DNA of 64,000 nucleotides from Candidatus Latescibacterota bacterium (GTDB lineage Bacteria; Latescibacterota; UBA2968; UBA8231): NCBI GenBank assembly GCA_965248265.1, contig CBDFJF010000002.1, positions 64,001 to 128,000 of the forward strand, read 5' to 3'. Shown piece by piece: positions 58,531 to 64,000 of this stretch (position 1 is its first letter; each line of letters starts with the position of its first letter). The notes under the pieces were generated by a model. It saw only the letters and a program-made list of their open reading frames with translations, ran no database searches and was not told where the DNA came from. The position numbers and the translations under genes were made by a program.

Positions 58531-59070
58531 CTACGGTCGCTGTTGCAGTACGATGGCGCGAGTGCTCAACAGGAAATCCTGCACATCAGCACGCCGGTAA
58601 TCGGGATACGTCCACTGCAGCGGGGCACACTCTCCCTGCTTCGTGAACAGCAGTGTGGTCTCGGCGTAAAGGCCGGGGGCGATGCAGATCCGGTGCCCGC
58701 TGTACTTCGTTGTAGCCAACACCAGCCCTTCCACTGAAACCAGGCCGGGGTCGATGTTCGCCTGGCGGCGTACCTCCCCGCTCTCTCCTCCGGCCATGGC
58801 TCGCTCCAGTGCCATCGTTTCCGCTTTGACCTGGCCAAGTTCATCGAGAGGCACGATGCGATCGAAGCGGACGAGTTGTTTGATCAAACCAGCGCCCATT
58901 TCGCTTTCGTAATAGGAAGTGTAGTCGAAGTCGTAGGGCTGGCTGCGCGCATCAACCGGTCCCAGTTTCTGTACCAGGGGCTTCAGCGCCTGATCGATGA
59001 TCTCCAACGTCGGTGCCAGCACGGCACAGACCAACACGGCATGGGGGGTGGGGTGCAGGTCGACGGGCAT
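58531..59070 (-). CDS. DUF4416-family protein
   Basis: YTSYYE.EMG, NIDPG, LATTK..HRI and WTYPDY. Confidence 0.8.
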   Translation of the reverse strand: MPVDLHPTPHAVLVCAVLAPTLEIIDQALKPLVQKLGPVDARSQPYDFDYTSYYESEMGAGLIKQLVRFDRIVPLDELGQVKAETMALERAMAGGESGEVRRQANIDPGLVSVEGLVLATTKYSGHRICIAPGLYAETTLLFTKQGECAPLQWTYPDYRRADVQDFLLSTRAIVLQQRP

Positions 59071-59136
59071 CGGTTGGACTCTACTTCGCCGCCAACATGG
59101 TCGCTCCAAAGATACCCCAGACACACTCGGCCATGG

Positions 59137-60570
59137 TCATGAACCTGACTCCTCATCGGCGTCTAACATGGGCTCCTCGACAACGGAGGTCTCTTCGATG
59201 ACACGCATCAGTTTCCATTTGCCGCCGCGAAAGCGAAGGTAGAAGGCAACACCGGAGACGATAATGAAGGCGCACAGGAACGACCACAACAAATAGACAT
59301 CGGCGTCGAAGAACGCCGTGGCCACATAGGTTGGCAGGACCATCAGCGTCCAGGACATGGCGATTGAGGCGAGCATTACATAGCGGGTGTCGCCGGCACC
59401 CTTGAGCGCGGCCGTGAACAGTATGTACATGGCATCGAACAGCATGTAGATGGCGAGAAATCGCAGCAGCAGGAGAGCGATCTCACGGGCCGCGAGGAAT
59501 TCGGCTGAGTCCGCACCAACCTCGTAGGGTTTCAGGAATATGTGCGGGAAGAAGCCATAGCCGATCATCATGACTACGGAATAGGCGAGCCCTAGGTGGA
59601 CTCCGCTCCAGGTCACGTACTCGGCGGCATCCGGCCGGTCGCGGCCCAGTTGTTGACCCACCATCGTCGACACCGCGATGCCGCAGCCGAGCAGCGGCAT
59701 GAAGGCCAGGCTGTTGATGTTGAAGGCCAGGTTGGTGGCCGTCATTTCAAGAGTTCCCAGGCGCCCCATGAGCAGGACGAAGACGGTGAAGGCCAGGATG
59801 TCGACCATGAAGTTGATCCCATTGGGTCCGCCGAATTTGAGCAATCGGCGGAACAGATCGGGGTCGTAGCGCCATCCGCTCATTGTCGCGTAACGGCGAC
59901 GGTATTGAGGTTGGGCAACAAGAATCACGAAAGCGATGGCGGAGAACATGGTGGCCAGGTTGGTGGCCCAGCCCGCACCCTCGATGCCCATCTCCGGCAG
60001 CCCGAAGTTGCCGAAGATGAGGGCGTAGTCGAGGACGATGTTGATGAGGGTCGTGGTGGCGTTGACGGCCAGCAGCGGCCAGGTCTTTCCCCTGCCGCTG
60101 TAGAAACAGGAGAAGGCAGTCGCCAGCGTCAGCGGTGAAATCCCGTAGCAGAGAATGCGGAAATAGGATATTTCTCTCTCTCGAACGCCAGCTTCGTGTC
60201 CGACCAGCTCAAACAGTGGACCGGCTGCCACGGCAAGTCCGAGGCCGGCGATGCCGCTGATCACGGCCAGGTAGGCTCCCTGCCACAGCGATGGACCCAC
60301 CCGCTCCAGGCGGCCGGCTCCCACGTACTGGGCCACGAAGGTATTGACGTACGAGGCGATGCCCATGAAGAGAGCCACGAAGACGAAGCTCGTCATGCCG
60401 GCTGGAAGGGCAGCGGCCAATGCGTCGGTGGAATACCAGGTCAGGAAGACGCGGTCCACGAAGTGCTGGATACTCCAGGTGGCCGTGCTCAGTATCAGGG
60501 GTATGGCCACGACCAGGAAGTCGCGGTATCCGCCTTCCTGTTGCCACCGGTCGCGCAGTCTGCGAATCAC
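59137..60570 (-). CDS. MATE-family efflux transporter
   Basis: About 12 TM segments; FVD..F, VAQY.GAG, IFGNFGLPEMGIEGAG.AT and LKGAGDT; probable GTG start at 60570. Confidence 0.92.
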   Translation of the reverse strand: MIRRLRDRWQQEGGYRDFLVVAIPLILSTATWSIQHFVDRVFLTWYSTDALAAALPAGMTSFVFVALFMGIASYVNTFVAQYVGAGRLERVGPSLWQGAYLAVISGIAGLGLAVAAGPLFELVGHEAGVREREISYFRILCYGISPLTLATAFSCFYSGRGKTWPLLAVNATTTLINIVLDYALIFGNFGLPEMGIEGAGWATNLATMFSAIAFVILVAQPQYRRRYATMSGWRYDPDLFRRLLKFGGPNGINFMVDILAFTVFVLLMGRLGTLEMTATNLAFNINSLAFMPLLGCGIAVSTMVGQQLGRDRPDAAEYVTWSGVHLGLAYSVVMMIGYGFFPHIFLKPYEVGADSAEFLAAREIALLLLRFLAIYMLFDAMYILFTAALKGAGDTRYVMLASIAMSWTLMVLPTYVATAFFDADVYLLWSFLCAFIIVSGVAFYLRFRGGKWKLMRVIEETSVVEEPMLDADEESGS

Positions 60571-60689
60571 AATCGCCCCGCTCCAGTTGCCGACGCGAAT
60601 CGAATAGTTACCTTCCTTCGGTCGTACACACCATCCCTCCGATCGTACGCACCCCAAACCATATCATAGGCAACGCATTTCGGAATAAC

Positions 60690-61328
60690 ATGGGCAAAAA
60701 GAAAAAGCAAAAGACAGACAAGCGGCAGGTGTACGGAATCACCATCCTGAAGCCGTCTCACAGCCGAATTCGAGCACTGAAAAAAGACCACGAGCCCGAG
60801 ATCCATGGCCAAAAGTTTTGGAACTCGAGTTTCCTGATCATGGATTACCTGGAACAGCAGGGCCTGCCGCCTAACCCGAGTGTGATGGAGATTGGATGCG
60901 GCTGGGGTGCCGCCGGTATCTACTGCGCCAGGCAACATCAGGCCAGCGTTGTCGGCGTCGACGCCGACCCCCACGTTTTCCCCTACCTCCACCTGCACGC
61001 GGAAGTCAACGATGTCAGCATTCGCACACGCATGTCTCGCTTCGAAAAGCTCAAGAAAAAGCACCTCGCCTCACACGACCTCGTTCTGGGCGCTGACATC
61101 TGTTTCTGGGACGAACTGATCGATCCCGTTTACACCGTTATACGCAAAGCTATCAAGGCAGGGGTGAGGCAGGTTATCGTTGCCGATCCCGGACGCTCGC
61201 CTTTCGACGATGTGTGCGATCGCTGCAAGAAGAAGTTCGATGCAGAGGTAAAGGAGTGGGAGATCGACAACAAGAATGCCAAGGCCCATGGCTGGTTGTT
61301 GATCGTGGGTAGTCTGCCCACCGCTTGA
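60690..61328 (+). CDS. Class I SAM-dependent methyltransferase (Methyltransf_16-like)
   Basis: HGQKFW.SS.L, EIGCGWG, GVDAD, GADICFW and ADPGR. Confidence 0.8.
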   Translation: MGKKKKQKTDKRQVYGITILKPSHSRIRALKKDHEPEIHGQKFWNSSFLIMDYLEQQGLPPNPSVMEIGCGWGAAGIYCARQHQASVVGVDADPHVFPYLHLHAEVNDVSIRTRMSRFEKLKKKHLASHDLVLGADICFWDELIDPVYTVIRKAIKAGVRQVIVADPGRSPFDDVCDRCKKKFDAEVKEWEIDNKNAKAHGWLLIVGSLPTA

Positions 61329-61335
61329 GGCTGCA

Positions 61336-62304
61336 TCAGAACCAGTTCGCCTTGTCCACGACATTGACCAGCTCGTCACCGGCAACAAACCGGCGGCAAT
61401 TGTCGACAAGCAGATTCCGTCGTCTCTCCTCCAGGAAACCGCCCGCAGCGGCTACATGCGGCGTCATCATGAAATTGGGCGCGCTCCACAGCCGGTGACC
61501 GGACGGCAGTGGCTCCTGTTCGAAGACGTCGAGCGCTGCCCCACCGATGACACCCTCCTCCAGGGCTTGTGCCAGATCGTCGAGGACGACGTTGGCACCG
61601 CGTCCGATATTGATGAGTACGGCCGTGGATTTCATCTTGCGCAAGCGCGCCAGGTCCATCATGCGTTCCGTCTTCGGCGTCTGGGGGGCCGTCATGATGA
61701 CGAAATCGGCGCGTCCGATGTGATCGTCGAGGGCCTCGGGTGAGTACATCTCGTTGACCCACTCCGGAGCCTCGGTGACCCGTGGATCGGTACCAATGAC
61801 GTGCATCCCAAAGTAGGCGCAATGACGCGCCGTCTCCGCGCCGATGCCGCCCACGCCGATGATGAGAGCTGTCGCTTGCGGCAGGTGGATGGCCTCGCCC
61901 TGTTCGGAGCGCCCATTCCATTCACCGCGGAACTGGTCAGGCATGTAGACATGCAGGTTGCGGGCGAAGGCGAGGACGAAGGCCATGATGTGGACGGAAA
62001 TATGATCGTTGTAAACGCCGCGAACATTCGTCACCGTGACATCGCTGGCGACCAGCTCGGGGAAGTAGAAGCTTGGCTGCGGTCCGGCCAGAGGACAGGC
62101 TAACCATTGTAGGTTAACGGCGCAGCCTAACAGCTCCGGATCGAGTGTGCCATAGGCGGCACGAGCCTGGGGCAGGGCTGCCAGTGCGGCCTCGCGTGTG
62201 TCGCAGACGGTGACGTCGATACCGTTCACGGTTTCCTCGAGCGCGGCCTTCCATTCGGCCACCGTCGAAAACGGAGGAGGCAGAAACACGAACCTTTTCG
62301 ACAT
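61336..62304 (-). CDS. D-2-hydroxyacid dehydrogenase family protein
   Basis: IIGVGGIG, INIGRG, ALDVFEQEPL and TPHVA. Confidence 0.92.
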   Translation of the reverse strand: MSKRFVFLPPPFSTVAEWKAALEETVNGIDVTVCDTREAALAALPQARAAYGTLDPELLGCAVNLQWLACPLAGPQPSFYFPELVASDVTVTNVRGVYNDHISVHIMAFVLAFARNLHVYMPDQFRGEWNGRSEQGEAIHLPQATALIIGVGGIGAETARHCAYFGMHVIGTDPRVTEAPEWVNEMYSPEALDDHIGRADFVIMTAPQTPKTERMMDLARLRKMKSTAVLINIGRGANVVLDDLAQALEEGVIGGAALDVFEQEPLPSGHRLWSAPNFMMTPHVAAAGGFLEERRRNLLVDNCRRFVAGDELVNVVDKANWF

Positions 62305-62423
62305 CGTCGTCTCGTTGGCTTGGCATGGCGGTTGGCATGGCTGGCACCCAGGTGCGGCAGGCCTTACTTCTTAAGGAACGCCAAGGCGATCTGTCAAACG
62401 GCGTGCGGAGTAGGAAGAGGGAT

Positions 62424-62582
62424 ATGAATCAGCAGGTGACCATCTATCACAACCCGGCATGCAGCAAAAGCCGGGAGACCCTCGAGCTCTTGAGAGGGCG
62501 CGTCGGGGAACCCGAAATCGTCGAGTACCTGCAGACCCCACCCGATGCCGAGCGAATCGGACACCTGCAGGACATGCTGTAG
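62424..62582 (+). pseudogene. arsC: Truncated ArsC/Spx-family (arsenate reductase-like) gene, 52 aa
   Basis: TIYHNPACSKSRETL.LL....EPEIVEYL.TPP, then TAG; the C-terminal half is missing and purN starts 8 nt later. Confidence 0.7.
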
Positions 62583-62590
62583 GAGTCGCA

Positions 62591-63196
62591 ATGATGCTGG
62601 AGCTGGCCATCCTCGCCTCCGGGTCGGGGTCGAACATGCAGTCGATCGTCGATGCCTGTCGCGACGGCAGTCTGCAGGCTTCTGTCCGCCTTGTCATCGG
62701 CAACAACTCAAAATCAGGGGTACTCGACCGGGCCCGAGCTGCCGGCATTCCGACGATTCATATGAGTGGCAAAACCCACCCTGATGCCGCTGAGTTAGAT
62801 CAGGCCATGGCCCGCGCCCTGGGTGAGTCAGGCGCACAGGTTGTCTGTCTGTCCGGTTACATGAAGCTGCTGGGTCCTCGCACGTTGGCGGCTTACGATG
62901 GTCGAATACTGAATATCCATCCAGGGTTGCTGCCAAAACATGGGGGGAAGGGGTTTTTCGGCAGGGCCGTGCACGAGGCGGTACTTGCTGCCGGAGACAC
63001 GGAGAGCGGTCCCACCGTTCACCTTGTCGATGAGATCTATGACCACGGACAGGTTCTGGCGCAATCACGGGTGTCGGTATTATGCGATGACACACCCGAT
63101 TCGCTGGCGGTGCGGGTTCTGGAGCAGGAGCATCTACTGTACGTGGACACTCTACGACGAATCGCGACTGGTGAGATCGAGTTGTCGGGGCTGTAG
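62591..63196 (+). CDS. purN: Phosphoribosylglycinamide formyltransferase
   Basis: ASGSGSN.Q, GYMK.L, NIHPGLLP, SGPTVHLV..YD.G and EH.LY. Confidence 0.95.
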   Translation: MMLELAILASGSGSNMQSIVDACRDGSLQASVRLVIGNNSKSGVLDRARAAGIPTIHMSGKTHPDAAELDQAMARALGESGAQVVCLSGYMKLLGPRTLAAYDGRILNIHPGLLPKHGGKGFFGRAVHEAVLAAGDTESGPTVHLVDEIYDHGQVLAQSRVSVLCDDTPDSLAVRVLEQEHLLYVDTLRRIATGEIELSGL

Positions 63197-63206
63197 CAGC
63201 CTGCGT

Positions 63207-64000
63207 CTAGCTCGGAGGGCGCAGGCAAAAGCGCATGGGGTCGCCGAGCCGCTGGTCGATGGCGATCGGATCCAGACCTGAATGAGTCCGCACCCAATCG
63301 ACCTCATCCGCCAGGACGGAGTCGAAGATCCCCGGATCATCAGCGCCGATGACGACGTCGACGCCGGATGCCAGCAGGCGATGCATCGAGTGCTGAGCCG
63401 GGTCAGTGACGCCACCGAGGACTCGATTGGATGTAGGGCAGATCTCGATCACGGTGCCGAGCTGTTCGAGGGCGTTGAGGGCGAAATCCTGGCGGCGACG
63501 AATTTCTGCGATGCGATCCGATGAGTAGGGACGTCGAATGGCGCCGCGTTTGTCTTTGGATCGAAGCTGTTCACGCTCCCGTTCGAGTTCGGCCTCATCG
63601 ATCTTGACTCCGCGCGCGCTCAGAGCTTCGGCGTGGCGCAGGTCGTAATCGATCTGATCCAATCTTTCTGAGACCATCTCCGTCTCGTGTGCGCCCGGGC
63701 GCCTAGCCAGCGAGACTTCCGGATCGAGTCCCAGCGCGATGGCGTGACCGATGCGGCGTGCCCCGAGTTGTCCGGCTTCATGGCACCAACGAACAGCGCT
63801 CTCCAGAGATTTGTCGAAGTACATCTCGCCGACATGGTAGACGACGTCCAGATGTTGTTGAGGGTCGGCGTCGTTGTCGTTGCGTAGATGCTCGAAGACC
63901 GAACGCGCGCTCTTTGGAGGATGTCCCTCCTCGACGTTGCAGAAATCCAGTCCGACGATGGTGTCGCGCAGATCCGGGTTATCGGCCAGCAGCCGTCGTA
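63207..64000 (-). CDS. Adenosine-deaminase-family amidohydrolase (5' end outside the window)
   Basis: Frame is open to the window edge: IVGLDF, YHVGE, RIGHA, IEICPTSN and GADDPGIF. Confidence 0.8.
   Translation of the reverse strand, partial: RRLLADNPDLRDTIVGLDFCNVEEGHPPKSARSVFEHLRNDNDADPQQHLDVVYHVGEMYFDKSLESAVRWCHEAGQLGARRIGHAIALGLDPEVSLARRPGAHETEMVSERLDQIDYDLRHAEALSARGVKIDEAELEREREQLRSKDKRGAIRRPYSSDRIAEIRRRQDFALNALEQLGTVIEICPTSNRVLGGVTDPAQHSMHRLLASGVDVVIGADDPGIFDSVLADEVDWVRTHSGLDPIAIDQRLGDPMRFCLRPPS

Noticed and set aside
60690-61328. Methyltransferase as a modifier of the Lys-rich SWIB tail
   Set aside because: The genes are 18 kb apart with no linkage evidence; this is speculation.
1-64000. 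CRISPR array, prophage, transposase or defence island
   Set aside because: No spaced direct repeats and no cas, phage or transposase motifs were recognised.

Overview
GC-rich bacterial chromosomal segment with no prophage, CRISPR array, rRNA or transposase. C-terminal SWG(E/S)IK tails on secreted proteins hint at a Latescibacterota/Poribacteria-like lineage, but this is inference only. The right part (36-64 kb) is mostly housekeeping: aroC, carA, proC-hisH-hisF-proB, ftsB-like, recO, glyQS, tRNA-Leu(TAG), tig-clpP-clpX-engB, serA, purA, prpB-prpC, a MATE transporter and purN. The left part is more accessory: partial hemA, several outer-membrane barrels, an orphan DNA methyltransferase, GGT, ltaE, a YyaL-DsbD-N fusion, arsS with two DUF3179 genes, a FapA/HDOD/receiver cluster and a two-permease RND-TolC operon. 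Most notable signals the ORF track misses: (1) a ~245-nt promoter-driven, multi-stem putative RNA (2514-2757) containing a 15-nt complement of the typical 16S rRNA 3' tail and a 12-codon micro-ORF, directly upstream of an SD-less 525-aa unknown gene; (2) a DUF3179 gene split by an in-frame UGA that aligns with the Cys of its neighbouring paralog and is followed by a SECIS-like hairpin (probable selenoprotein); (3) a kinase-less signalling cluster (FapA, three HDOD proteins, one intact and one Asp-to-Asn receiver); (4) a duplicated UxaA whose two halves keep complementary conserved motifs; (5) a 164-bp MITE-like element with perfect 20-bp terminal inverted repeats. All family calls come from motif recognition by eye; no searches were run.
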